Positions 12,201-23,322 of a DNA stretch of 64,000 nucleotides are shown in pieces. The stretch comes from Phoronis australis (Eukaryota > Animalia > Phoronida), in the NCBI GenBank assembly GCA_002633005.1, contig NMRA01000007.1, positions 882,362 to 946,361 on the forward strand, read 5' to 3'. Position numbers and translations under genes: made by a program. The notes beneath the pieces were generated by a model. It was not told the DNA's origin. It searched no databases and saw only the letters and a program-made list of their open reading frames with translations. The first letter of the stretch is position 1, and every line of letters begins with the position of its first letter.

Positions 12201-15200
12201 GCCAAAGAAGCGTGTGGTTTCGAATGACACAAGTGACACGGACAGTATTATACGGACTAATGAGCAGTTTATCATTGATCTGATGAGTCGGAGCCAGCCC
12301 CACCACGACCACTGTTACACTACGATATTTGGTAGGTAGACTAGTCTGATCGGAAGTTAAGTGTTTCATTTGAGTAATTTGCAGCATTGTACACTCTATT
12401 TCGGGTTGTGCACCATTTGTTAGTTTCAGCTAAGTATAGACGGCCACGAACTTTCAGTCTATGCGGAAACAATAGAATCTGTTTTGTTGCTCAGTTCCAA
12501 AGTTTCAGGTCGACATGGTGAGATCACGTGAACATTTTTAAATGAGCTATTTTTACCATGCGTAGATCCATATGTAGATCGTCTCACTTCGTAAAAGAGC
12601 AATTGTGGACATCAATTGGCCAATAGTGTCTTAACTCAGTAACTAAGAAACCGCTGATGTTCTATACAATCTGTGAGTTCTTCTCACATTGCAAACCCTT
12701 TTTTTCTGACATTTAGGAGCAGAATTTCTAATATGAAAGGAAGTATTGGCGTAGCACATTTTCTATGAGCTGTTTATTTTCACCTTGTCTTGTCTCCTAA
12801 AATAAAGAAGTGCCTTGGCGTGTTCTAAACATACATGTTAGTTGCCTCAGTGTCAGGATTTGAGTGAGCAGTGAGCGACTTCTCTTAACCATGTCACTAT
12901 GAGGAGTAGCAATATATACACCATGCCAACCCTCAACCGCAGTGTGGATAAAGAGATCTTGATAGGTTTTAGAATTTTACGTCACCGCATTCTCCTGGTG
13001 GTATTAAATAGAAATTCTCACTTTCATCAGTCAAGATGGATATCTGACAACTTCTGCCAAATAAACCAACGATTTTTTATGCAACGTTTGGCATTTTTGT
13101 CTTATTTTTGCCAATGCAAAATTGGACTTTAGTCCTGAAAAGAACGCTGTTTATTTAAAAAAAAACTGGATGATCTAACTTTGGGCTGGGCAACTTGATT
13201 TTCTGACTTAGCGGGTTACTGGACTTTTGAGGTGTATGAATGTGAGTGTGGATACAACACTCATGGATTAATAGTTCCAGTATTTGATTTACTTTGATTC
13301 ACACCAGTCTTCAGCCTCAGTAAATATTTAATATAATCTATACAGTAGTAATGTTGTTGTTTAAAACTATATGTCCACTGTGGGCTCCTGAGAGCATATA
13401 TAAGCTTCAAGGTTGACCATAAAAGATTAGCTCGCTTGTTCATTTTTAGGCAAAAAGAAAGGCATTGAACGTCTCCATTTTGACATCGACAGTGAGTCAG
13501 ATAGTGATGAAGAGCCTGCCGCTGTCGATGTACCCCTTCGCTTCTTGACCACATCACAGAGGGCCATATTAGGCGATACTAACATGACCATGACCAGAAG
13601 TGATAAAGTCAGCATGCAGGTGGGTCGCAATGCTTCTACTTTAGCTTGGAAAGGCGTCACTGCCAATACTGAATATTTATTATGGATTTTAAGCCAGGAA
13701 TGCCATATATGAACCATGGCCTTTTTAATCTTCAGATGAAGGGTGGTCTTGTGCGGACCAGTGACAACACTACACTGACGGTGTTAGAATTATCCAAGAT
13801 ACCGCACACCAGTGATGGCTTCCCAGTTGTCAGCTCTGAGGAGGTTGTTGGTTCTTTAGAACCTCAGATTGTGGAAGTCACGTCTAACCGTAAGTTATGC
13901 TTTGAAGATATCATAAAATGCACTAAACTGAAAATTAGATTACAAATGCATGTGTTGATTATTTGCAATGTACAGTCTCATAATTGTTTGACTGTCAGGA
14001 CTCATTACTCATCAATCACCTTTGTGTGTATACCTTGCTTGGGTGCATCAGTCATGTACATCTAGCATGCTCAGAAGTGTTAGATTTTGTTTGTAGCTGT
14101 TGGTGAGTGTGTAAAGTAAGTGAAACAGACATCAGTTATAGCATGGCTTTCGAGCGTTGCTTTAATTTACATTTGAAATTTTAGCTCATCACATCATTAG
14201 TCTAGTTCAACTGTCCACATTCTCATCTTGTGTTGGAAACCATGAATGGTTTATACATATAGGTCGCTACCCTCCCATGCCCAAGGACCCTCTAGCTCGC
14301 CAGGGTAAGATGTTGGTACCAGAGGAACAGACGAGTGAGGAAGAAGAGGAGGCGGAGAAGAAGCTTGGCAAGAAGAAGAAGTTGGTGGAGGGCTCTTCTG
14401 AGTGGGAACGGGTACGTTATGGTAGAAGGGGGTCTACTTAGTGGGAATGAGTATGTCATGATGGGAGGGGTCTACTGAGCGGGAGTGGGTGCGTCAAGGT
14501 GGGAGGAGTGTACTTGTGAGAATAGGTATGGTATGAGGGAGAGTCTATTGCGTGCGAATGGGTACTTTGGGGTAAGAGGGGTCTACCGAGTGGGAATGGG
14601 TTTGCTTTGGTATGGGGGAGGGATCTACTGAGTGGGAATGAGTACGTCATGGTGGGAGGGGTGTACTGAGTGAGGATGGGTTCATCATGATGGGAGGGGT
14701 CTACTGTGAGGGAAGGGGTACGCCATAGTGGGAGGGGTCCACTGAGAACTGCGTTAGAGTGGGTATGGTATGGTGGGGATCAACTGAGTGGGAAAATGTA
14801 TGGTATGGGGGGAGCCCGGGGAGGTAGGATTTATTGTGTGAGAACAGGCTTATTGTGTGAGTACTGTACTGAGTGGGAATGGCTAAGTTATGGGGAGAAG
14901 GCTCAACTCGGTGAGAACGAGGGGAAGCTCCACTCACTGAGGACAGGCTGGCGTTCCTTAACTCCTTAATAACTTGCGAAAACGCAAAATCATGCAAGAC
15001 TTCACGAGACATCACCACATCGGGATCACGCTAGCTTTTTAGCCTGTGTCTTAGTTCTGTGGAAGGCATACCAGCTAGGTATGGATGAAAGCTCCACTGG
15101 TGATCCTTCTGTACACGCTGTGAAGTTGACCTTCCTCCTGCTGTTTGCGACCTGAGTTTGAAACCAATGCTTGTGTCTGAGTTTTTAGTCGGAATCTAGT

Positions 15201-17605
15201 TGCATTCATTTCAGCCTTGTTTGCTTCTTAAAGAAGGCTTTGCATGACGATGTCAGCCACGTTTGGTTCTTATAGTCGGTTGCAAACTTAGTAACTGCTG
15301 TGCACCACGATACATGCTTTCTTGTGCTGGAGTGCTCGTGACTGGTATGAGTACGTTTTGATTTTAGAAAACTGCCTTGCGCTGTATCAGAGAACTGAAG
15401 AATAAAGACCGCAGTGACCGTGCCGTACTGAGGTGTAAGATCTGTCAGGATAAGACGTTTACAGCGAGTGCCACGCTCATGTACCACTATCGTAGTCATG
15501 CTGGTAGGTGGCTTGTTGTAGCTGTGATCAAGGTTACTTTGCCTGTTGTGAGAACTAGTTTTTGTATTAGAGAGACTGTGATCAGATGGCGGTATTCTGT
15601 TTTTTGTAGTATCACAGCTGTCGTGTTTGTCCCTACTGTGGATGAAGCAGTGACAATGTATTGTCATGTTTTTGATATATGTGTCTACCTTGTTTTACTC
15701 CGTGATAGGTGCAATCAGGCTTTTTAGTAAGTGAGAGTAAACAGCTACTTTGAGTTCGTTGCATTGCATTATTTTAGGTCCGTTATTTTTGAAGCAGTTA
15801 TTTATTTTCTTTAACAAAGTTGAACTAACTTCTTTCTGTTTATTTGTGTTCTTTAGTTAGCGTATTAGCTAACTTTAAATTAATTGCTTTTAATTAACAT
15901 TAGTCATGCACATTGAAACGTATAAGCTCACTGTTAAGGGTTACGTTGTTGTTTCAAAGTTGGCCAAATTTAGTTGTTTTGCTTACTGGTTTCGCATAAC
16001 CTTTAGACAGTATCCAGCCAATAGTAGTGTTTGAACAATATATGGTCATCCACGGGTATTGCCATTGATGTTTGGTGGGGATGAACTGCTCAATATTTAC
16101 TTTATAGAACCACCCTCTGGTTGTACTTTGAAAGTTACCCATTTGTACCGACTCCTAGCCTGTACGAAGTGTTGGGAAGCTACTTTAATGTTTGGGCTCT
16201 GCGCTCCTAATGCACTCTCCGCGCTTCTGACCCCCTGTAGGTATCAAGCCATTCATCTGTCTGGTGTGTAACACAACGTTTACCCGTCAACACAGCCTTA
16301 ACTATCACATGTTGATACACAACAACATGAGTCGATTTAAGTGCCACGAGTGCGCCAGGGAGTTCCGACATCCTAGTCACTTCAAGGTAAGGTTGTTAAA
16401 TGTGTTAATAGCTGGACCTCAGCCTTTGGGTAATTGAAAGTTTCTGTGTCCAGCTTGGTCGATGTTGTTTCATGTGAGAGCTGAAGTGGAAATCGCAAAA
16501 TGTAAATGAATCTGTATTTGTATCACTAGTGTTCTAGCATTGGAAGCTGTTCTGTATTTAAGGCATGTGTGGCTTGATTTCAATGGAAGAATCTGTAGAG
16601 TAGTCATTTACAAGCCTATGGTCCTGGATTTTGCAAACCAGTTTGGCGCCCATTCTTCAGTGGGCTCTTCGTATGGAGAGGTCTCAAATCCTTCCTACTA
16701 TAGTTCGTGTTTGTGTTTTATCTGTTAACTCTTTTGGCCTTGTGCTTCAGGAACATTTAAGAAGACACACGGGCGAGACTCCGTTTGCGTGCACAGATTG
16801 TCCCCTCAAGTTTAAGACGCGCAACACATACAAGAGGCATCTCAAGACACGGCACGGCAAACTGTTGACAGCGCAGGGCATCTATCTCATGCCAAACGAA
16901 GAGTTTGAAAAGGTGAGTTGTTGACTACTGCATACTGCGTCTGAGAATACCGTTTACTATTAATGTTTCTGCACCAACTTTTTATTTTTCGTATCAATTT
17001 TGTTTGTTCAGATTTGTAAATGAAAAGTCAAAAGGCTTAGGCAAGAAAACTGACTTCCTAAGACCAATCTTAACTTTATTCAATTTTAAGATAAAACTTG
17101 AATTTGTCTCGAGACCGTTTCAAGAAAGAGATCTGAAGATTGACTTAAGTTTTTTACTTAAGCTTTGTCTTCATTTTGACTATATTATTGAATGTGGAAG
17201 GTTTAAAGTTTAGAAATTGAGACAAATATAATGAACTTAAGTCAGTTTCTTGGAACGGGCCCCTGGGTGGTAGTCCAGACATGTGCGGTAGTACGGACAT
17301 GTGCTGTAGTACATAGGGTGTGGCACTTAATTGTAGAATGGAATGTTACTATCGAGTGAGTGACCGTCATAAACCAGGTTGGCTGTAACCTCTTGTTGGA
17401 CTGTGCCCACTTGTTCAGTCTAGTGCATCTCAACATTTCTCTTGTGTTTTAGGTGAAGACGAAAAAGTACCGCAACAGGGGCTTCACTCCTTTGGATGAA
17501 CAGGAAGAGAGCATGGTGCGTGTGGACGATGAAGAGGTGGTGGTTGATGTTGAGTCAGTGGAGACAAAGGTTTCAAGGCCAGCACAAGTGTTTGTCAAGC
17601 TTTAG
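9234..17605 (+). CDS. C2H2 zinc-finger transcription factor, 12 coding exons, ~716 aa (join 9234-9297,10233-10402,10761-11016,11452-11520,11810-12331,13450-13619,13736-13889,14263-14411,15368-15503,16241-16386,16751-16912,17453-17605)
   Basis: All introns are GT-AG with matching phases; the summed CDS is 2151 nt and open to TAG at 17603-17605. Four tandem fingers: CKICQDKTF..HYRSH, CLVCNTTF..HMLIH, CHECAREF..HLRRH, CTDCPLKF..HLKTRH, with HAGIKPF and HTGETPF linkers. The start exon is the least certain. Confidence 0.9.
10233..10402 (+). CDS. ZF gene exon 2 (ESSDEILEK...GLLDVLAHVATEKL...SISK)
   Basis: tttacag acceptor, open frame, AAA|GTATGC donor. Confidence 0.8.
10761..11016 (+). CDS. ZF gene exon 3 (contains an atypical YTC..C..H..H finger-like segment)
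   Basis: tttctag acceptor, overlaps ORF 10854, G|GTGGGT donor. Confidence 0.85.
11075..11224. mobile_element. Short MITE (family B) in ZF intron 3
   Basis: TIR CGTTCAGTAACG(CTT/TTA)GGACCT, CTG/CTG flanks; same terminus seen at 1-72. Confidence 0.65.
11452..11520 (+). CDS. ZF gene exon 4 (DPFKTQRVKFTSEPLAARKKRLA)
   Basis: tttacag acceptor, G|GTAATT donor, phase 1/1. Confidence 0.8.
11810..12331 (+). CDS. ZF gene exon 5 (Lys-rich, ends PHHDHCYTTIF)
   Basis: ORF 11821-12339; tttacag acceptor; G|GTAGGT donor. Confidence 0.85.
13450..13619 (+). CDS. ZF gene exon 6
   Basis: tttttag acceptor; GKKKGIERLHFDIDSESDSDEE...; CAG|GTGGGT donor. Confidence 0.8.
13736..13889 (+). CDS. ZF gene exon 7
   Basis: cttcag acceptor; MKGGLVRTSD...VEVTSN; C|GTAAGT donor. 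Confidence 0.8.
14263..14411 (+). CDS. ZF gene exon 8
   Basis: RRYPPMPKDPLARQGKMLVPEEQTSEEEEEAEKKLGKKKKLVEGSSEWER; CGG|GTACGT donor. Confidence 0.8.
14384..14900 (+). repeat. G-rich ~38-bp degenerate minisatellite beginning at the ZF exon 8 donor
   Basis: Consensus ~GGTGGGAGGGGTCTACTGAGTGGGAATGGGTACGTCAT, roughly a dozen diverged units. Confidence 0.8.
15368..15503 (+). CDS. ZF gene exon 9 (finger 1)
   Basis: CKICQDKTFTASATLMYHYRSHA; G|GTAGGT donor. Confidence 0.92.
16241..16386 (+). CDS. ZF gene exon 10 (fingers 2-3)
   Basis: GIKPFICLVCNTTFTRQHSLNYHMLIHNNMSRFKCHECAREFRHPSHFK; AAG|GTAAGG donor. Confidence 0.95.
16751..16912 (+). CDS. ZF gene exon 11 (fingers 3-4)
   Basis: EHLRRHTGETPFACTDCPLKFKTRNTYKRHLKTRH; AAG|GTGAGT donor. 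Confidence 0.95.
17453..17605 (+). CDS. ZF gene terminal coding exon
   Basis: gttttag acceptor; VKTKKYRNRGF...DEEVVVDVESVETKVSRPAQVFVKL*. Confidence 0.85.
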   Translation: MKTKKYRNRGFTPLDEQEESMVRVDDEEVVVDVESVETKVSRPAQVFVKL

Positions 17606-20322
17606 TCAAAAGGTGGAGTGAGCCTGAATATGGGAATGTTTAGGCAAGATCTTCCAAAGCTGGATTTTGTTGGATACTTTCAAGTTGTGTCTATGGGGGA
17701 CTGAAACGTCATTTTGAATTCCCAGAAATTTACAGTTGTGTCCAAATGTTTAAAACAGGTGACTAAATTTGGCTCGATGTTCAGCATATTGTCAGCTCGT
17801 CAGATGCAACCTGACAAGATTCCCAGGTTGCCAAGAGGGAACCGAGTTTGAGAAATCTGGTTGGCAAGAGCTGAAAATGAAATAAACAGGTTACTTGAAG
17901 TGAAGAACTGGCATTTTGCAAATGTCCACTGTCATATTCGGACAGAAAATTAGTGCTCAGTAATCACCAATTTCTCCTATCAAGCCCCAATATCCTGCGC
18001 GTAGGCTCATCTTTTAAGGCAGACAAACGTGATTAAGTTCTTCAGGTTTTTGCCAAATGATTCCTTCTCATTATTTCCTGTAATATTTTGACTGCTTGGA
18101 TGTGGTGTGGCAACTTCACGGCATCCTTGGATTTTCATCAGGTCGCCAAACAAGATCTGAGGTTGCCAAATTGGGTATATTCAGTCACTAAAAATTGCAA
18201 ATTATGTTTTTGGATAATTAAAATGCTTCAGAAAGGTGGTACCTGTGTCATCTTGCCATAGTTAGCAGATGTTGGTGGATTATATTATCCAACATGAAGA
18301 AAAACACTTCTTGAAAATATGAATTTTTGGAACTCTCACTTTGCTATTATACCGTTCTGCGGTAAATGGATGTGACCATCGGAAATTATAGAATTTCTAT
18401 TTCCATTCAAATCCACTTCTTTTATCATTTGTTATCATTGTTTATTGGCCACTCTGACACAATTTAAACAACACATTGATGACATATTCACCATTGATGC
18501 TGTATAAAGGTGTGGTTTACCATATCACATGACTGTAAATAACATAAAATATGAGACCGCATCTATAACTCATTAGTCGGAGATGTTGAACTGTCACTTG
18601 TTTTTAAGTAACTTTTTAGTGGTAGCCTTCATTCGTTTTCACGACTATGTTCTGTCTCTTGTGAATATCAGTTGTTTAAGAATTTAAATCGTGTTATAAA
18701 TCTGAGTCCGTTATCTACCTTGTGAGTTTAGGATGGAATGAATAATTATTGTCACCTGTTATTGTATATTTTGCCATATGCTTCCTGTGCATTTCGTATT
18801 TACTAAGGCCGTAAGTATTTTATGAAGTTGTAGAAAAAATGTGTATTGCACGTGTTACATATGCATAGTATTTTTATAAATTAATATTTTTCAAAGTTGT
18901 CAATTTTTTCAGCACAGACCTCTAGCAAACGAAATTTTGTTTTTGTACATTTTGTATATAGTTAGAAGTCACAGGGGGGCTTGAAACCATTTTGTTCTGA
19001 GATTTTTGTGCGTGTGTGTGTTACTATTTAGCAAGCAGAAAATTTGTTTATCAAGTGATTGGTATGGTTTCTGTTCATTTTCAAATGTCTAAAACTGAAT
19101 CTGCCTGTTTGGAGGGTGTCACAACTCCATAATTGTTTGGCTCTCTGGTTACATGGCGTTTGCCTTGTGGTTTAAAAAACAAAATGCTGAAAAATGGTAT
19201 CCCGTGGTAAATTTATTTTTAGCAATTGAAACATCTAATTTGTGGACAGTTTTCATAGTGAATTTATCCCTGGTCTTGCCGTACTGAAAGTCTGTCATAC
19301 AGCGATCATTTGGTAATAGGCTGATGTAATGTGTCGGCATTATGAGAATCCGTTTTCTCCACTGAATTATGCGCATCAACCAGCTTCTCACAAAATGGCT
19401 ACGTTACATCCGACTATTGTCGGTAATTGTGGTTCCCAGAAGTCTGCACCATAGTTTAGAATTAATTCTTACCGTATCATAATTGAGATCATTCAGTCGC
19501 GCATCAACTGCATAATTGGTTAATCAATGGAAAGCAGAATGTTGATGTCTGTTTGAACCAGCCTCCCAGTGGCTAAGACTTGGTTAATAGTCTGTATCTG
19601 GTACCCCATCAAGTAATTGATAGTGGTTGTGTCACAAGGTGGTGATACGCTTCAGATTGGACAAATGGTCAGTGTCACCTTTGATGGTAGACTTCGCTTG
19701 TCAAAGGTTTTTAAGAGTGGTATTTACAGGTTTCAAGTCATGGTGATGATCATGCAGTCTCATTACCACTTTCATGCAATGGGATGTTCAAATGACTGTC
19801 TAAAAGTCAGCATTGCAAAGTAGTCGGAAGAGTAAAGAGAATTTTTTGTTCATCATAACGTCAAGTAACAGCTGTTTTTTCTCTTATTTTTAGAATGAAT
19901 TTTTTGTAGGAAATTTGCTATGTTTGTAAGTTGTTGTGAGCATGGTTCAAAAAGCTATAAATTGCCTGAAAAAGTTAGGGCTGCAAATATCTAGTCTCCA
20001 TGCAATCTTCTGATCTATGGAAGTGGATAGTGAAGCTCGGGTAATCATTATTTAAGACAATTTTACATGACAATGTCAAGTAAGAGCCATTGTGGTCATA
20101 TCACTTATTTTCAACTAGTTAATACCGGAGCGGGTCTTCACAGGTGTCAATCGGAGTAAAGTGTTTGCTAACACCTTGTCGACTCGCAATTTAATTTTCC
20201 ACCACTGTACATAATCAGTGTATAATTCTGAAACTGTGATATTATAATGTGAATTTATAATTCAATGTCCTGATTATAGGTTATATTTTACTGTAGAGTA
20301 TGTTATAATAGTTGCTCTTCTA

Positions 20323-20328
20323 AATAAA
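20323..20328 (+). terminator. Candidate poly(A) signal of the ZF gene
   Basis: AATAAA after a U-rich stretch, followed by a GT/T-rich tract. Confidence 0.45.
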
Positions 20329-21361
20329 CAGTGTTCTTGTACTACTTTTGTAATTTCTCTATGCCTGTGCACCTGTAAAATAGTTTAAAGTGGCATTTCC
20401 TTCTTGGGGGAAAAGCCCCGTTAAACTACTGCAGCATTAACACCCTAAATACATGTATTGTGGTGAAATAGACCAGATAACTCCAGCAATGTGGTGTTAA
20501 ATGTTTCCACGCAATAGCAAAAGGTTTCTGCCATCAAAAGGATTGAAGAGCCAGAGGTCATGTGCGTTGGATGTGAAGTGATCCAGCTGTGGAAGGATTG
20601 TCTACAGTGGTTGGCTTTTTAAAACTACTTGCCTAAGGCTAATGGTGTGTTGAGGGATGAAAATACCCAAAAAAGGGTGAGAGCTGAGCAACTTGTGGAG
20701 AAATTTCCTTCAAATATGTTGTTTTGCCATTTGTTTTTTGTTTGTGCACACACTACAGGTTGCATTTCTTAGCTTGAAATTTACCATACACATTTGTTTG
20801 TTTTGTGAATGACTCTAAAGCTCAATTGCTTTTGGTTGAAATCGAACTTAAGATGTCGCTGTGGCAGCCATTTTTCATATTTTTGGTTTGCCAAGTCATA
20901 GCTTCGCTGACTTTGGAGGAATTTGTTTGAAATTCTGTGTCGAGTTTTGTAAGATTAACGGTGACTGCTGCTTAATTGAATATTTGTGCTGTAACTCTGG
21001 CGTCCCTTGGCAGACCTTTATGAAATTTGGTATGTAGATAGATCACGTCTATGTTCTCAGTAAAGCTGTTGGTGTACAAGCATAAGAGTCGTCATCTGTG
21101 GAAATAATCCCCGGACAAACACCAGTGGTGTCTGTATTTGTAATCAATTTTACTTCACTAGATTCTGCCAACTGTTGCTCAGAGTACTTTCGCTTGTTTT
21201 TAAGTATGAAGTGAAAAGACAACGGCACATTAAAAATGTCGAAGGGTCACAAAAGTAAACTTACTAGTGGCATTTGCAATGAAGTATCAATTTTCAACTA
21301 GAAGATTTTGTAATTTCGACAACTGTAGTATGTCATTTGTTGAAAAGATTGTTTTGAAATG

Positions 21362-21367
21362 TTTATT
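21362..21367 (-). terminator. Candidate poly(A) signal of PPP4R4
   Basis: AATAAA on the minus strand, ~1.8 kb downstream of the stop codon. Confidence 0.45.
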
Positions 21368-23147
21368 AACAATTTCCAAGCTTTTCATCACCAAATATTA
21401 CAACAAGGAAGTAGTATGCATCTTGTAAACTTTATAAAAATCACTTTTTCTCAATCTCCATTCAATGTATTTTACAAATATTCTGTTCTATTTACAAAGT
21501 ATCAAAATATGAGATGGAAAATCAGATACAACATTCTAGGAACACATGTTCTCTGAACTTGAGATAACGATGGAACTTCTTAGCCAGCTACTGTTAACAC
21601 CAGGTATTGCATTATGCTTTGACAGATGACCCTGTTTCATATCCAGGTTCACCACAGTGCATTTCTTTTTAAGGCCATAGAGGGTTACCAGCTAACCACA
21701 GTTTGATTCCAATGTCACAGCAGTCACACACAAGAGGATAAGCACCTGTTAAATTTTAAGTATGACATGGGAAACATGACTTATGTAAAAGGTTTTCAAT
21801 TTGAAACAATAATAATGGCCAAGACTGCAACAGACATGGCTTCAATGTATCGATACAAAAATGCAAAAAAAATGTTTCGGAGACACCTATACCACAAAAA
21901 CCATGTCAATAGAAGACTAAAATTTCCTGAAAACAATTATGTTCAGAAATTTAATGAAACAAAATTCCACAGGTTTGATATACTGAGTCACAAATTGAGA
22001 ATTTTCTTCCGTACATTATCCAATTCACAGTAACCATAAATTTCAGGGGCATTACTCAAGATGTGAATTCATACTTAAGAGAAAAATTACTACGGGGCAA
22101 AAAATGCATGGCACATTTCATAACTAGGTCCTTTTGAGTTGAAGTAAGTGGAGTTGTTAAATCAAGAAAATGAGAAAAGTTTGCACTCACATTTCACCAA
22201 AACACAATACTGAAAATGAATATTACAGTAGACCGAATTGCTTTTTCGCTGTAAAATGAACTTCGTGACATGCCGAATAAGGTTGGAAGTTTTGCACATC
22301 GCAACTGAAAAAATCTGTATGCAGTGTATTCGTATTTAACCTGAGAACCTCTAATTGGCATGACAACGCTTGATGAAATGTCACTAGCCCAACTCTGCCT
22401 CGCCAAATGTCAGTAGTGTGCCATTTCTTGATGACCCTTGTGCAGGCACAGGCCAGGTCATCATTTATCTTGACTGCCCCTAGTTTATGTCCGCTCTGTA
22501 TCTGCACCAGTGAGAGCACCCTTGACATCAGTTGCCACCACATGGCTCAGGTGACTGTTATTTTAGCGACGTTTTGCGCCTAAAAGAGAGTTATGCCATT
22601 AGACACAAAACAAAAATGAACAGGCCATGTGCTTCATCAACTCATTTAGATACAAAAAGATTTTTTCTACGACCCAACTATCTCGTTATTCAGTCGAGCA
22701 ACAATGACATGCGTCAATAACAAAGTTACTAATACACTGAAATTTAAGTTAATATGTACATACAAAGTGCACATTTTCACTCCGAAGTAGTACCCCTCAA
22801 TCTGGGGAGAGGTCACCTTAGGATATAAAACAAATTATTTTTTCCATTGGTATCCTGTTCTACGGTTATAACAGTTAATAACACACTGTCCGCTTTCACC
22901 TAACTCGTGTCCCACAAATGACATTTTGGAAAGCCCATAATGACCATTATTGCTACTTGGTGAACAGCGGAGGAGTCCTATTCAGCCAACTTCTACTGGT
23001 GCGAAACAAGTGAGGTCACTTTCGGTCTAACGGTAAGTATGTGCAATGCCGAATCCAAAGCTGCTGTCCCCAGTATCATATGGATTTTCACCCCACACTG
23101 TATTATCTAACAAATCTTAAGGAGACCAGGTAAATACAAAAGACTAG

Positions 23148-23322
23148 TTACTTTGCTGTGCTCTGAGTGTTGACAGTGCCCAGACTATTCTTGCGCACCG
23201 GTGCTTTCTTTGCGCCATCATTCGCACCCGCTGAGGATGGACTGTTGTTATTGGCCGATCGCCGTCGCCCCGCAGAGTTCACGGGTGATGGGATGCTGCC
23301 TTGTGAACTCGCCGAACTTTTC
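23148..23322 (-). CDS. PPP4R4: PPP4R4 terminal coding exon (RKSSASSQGSIPSP...QSTAK*)
   Basis: tttaccag acceptor, phase 2, TAA stop. Confidence 0.85.

Noticed and set aside
14456-15018. Pro/His/Ser-rich and Gly-rich ORFs
   Set aside because: Translations of the G-rich minisatellite.
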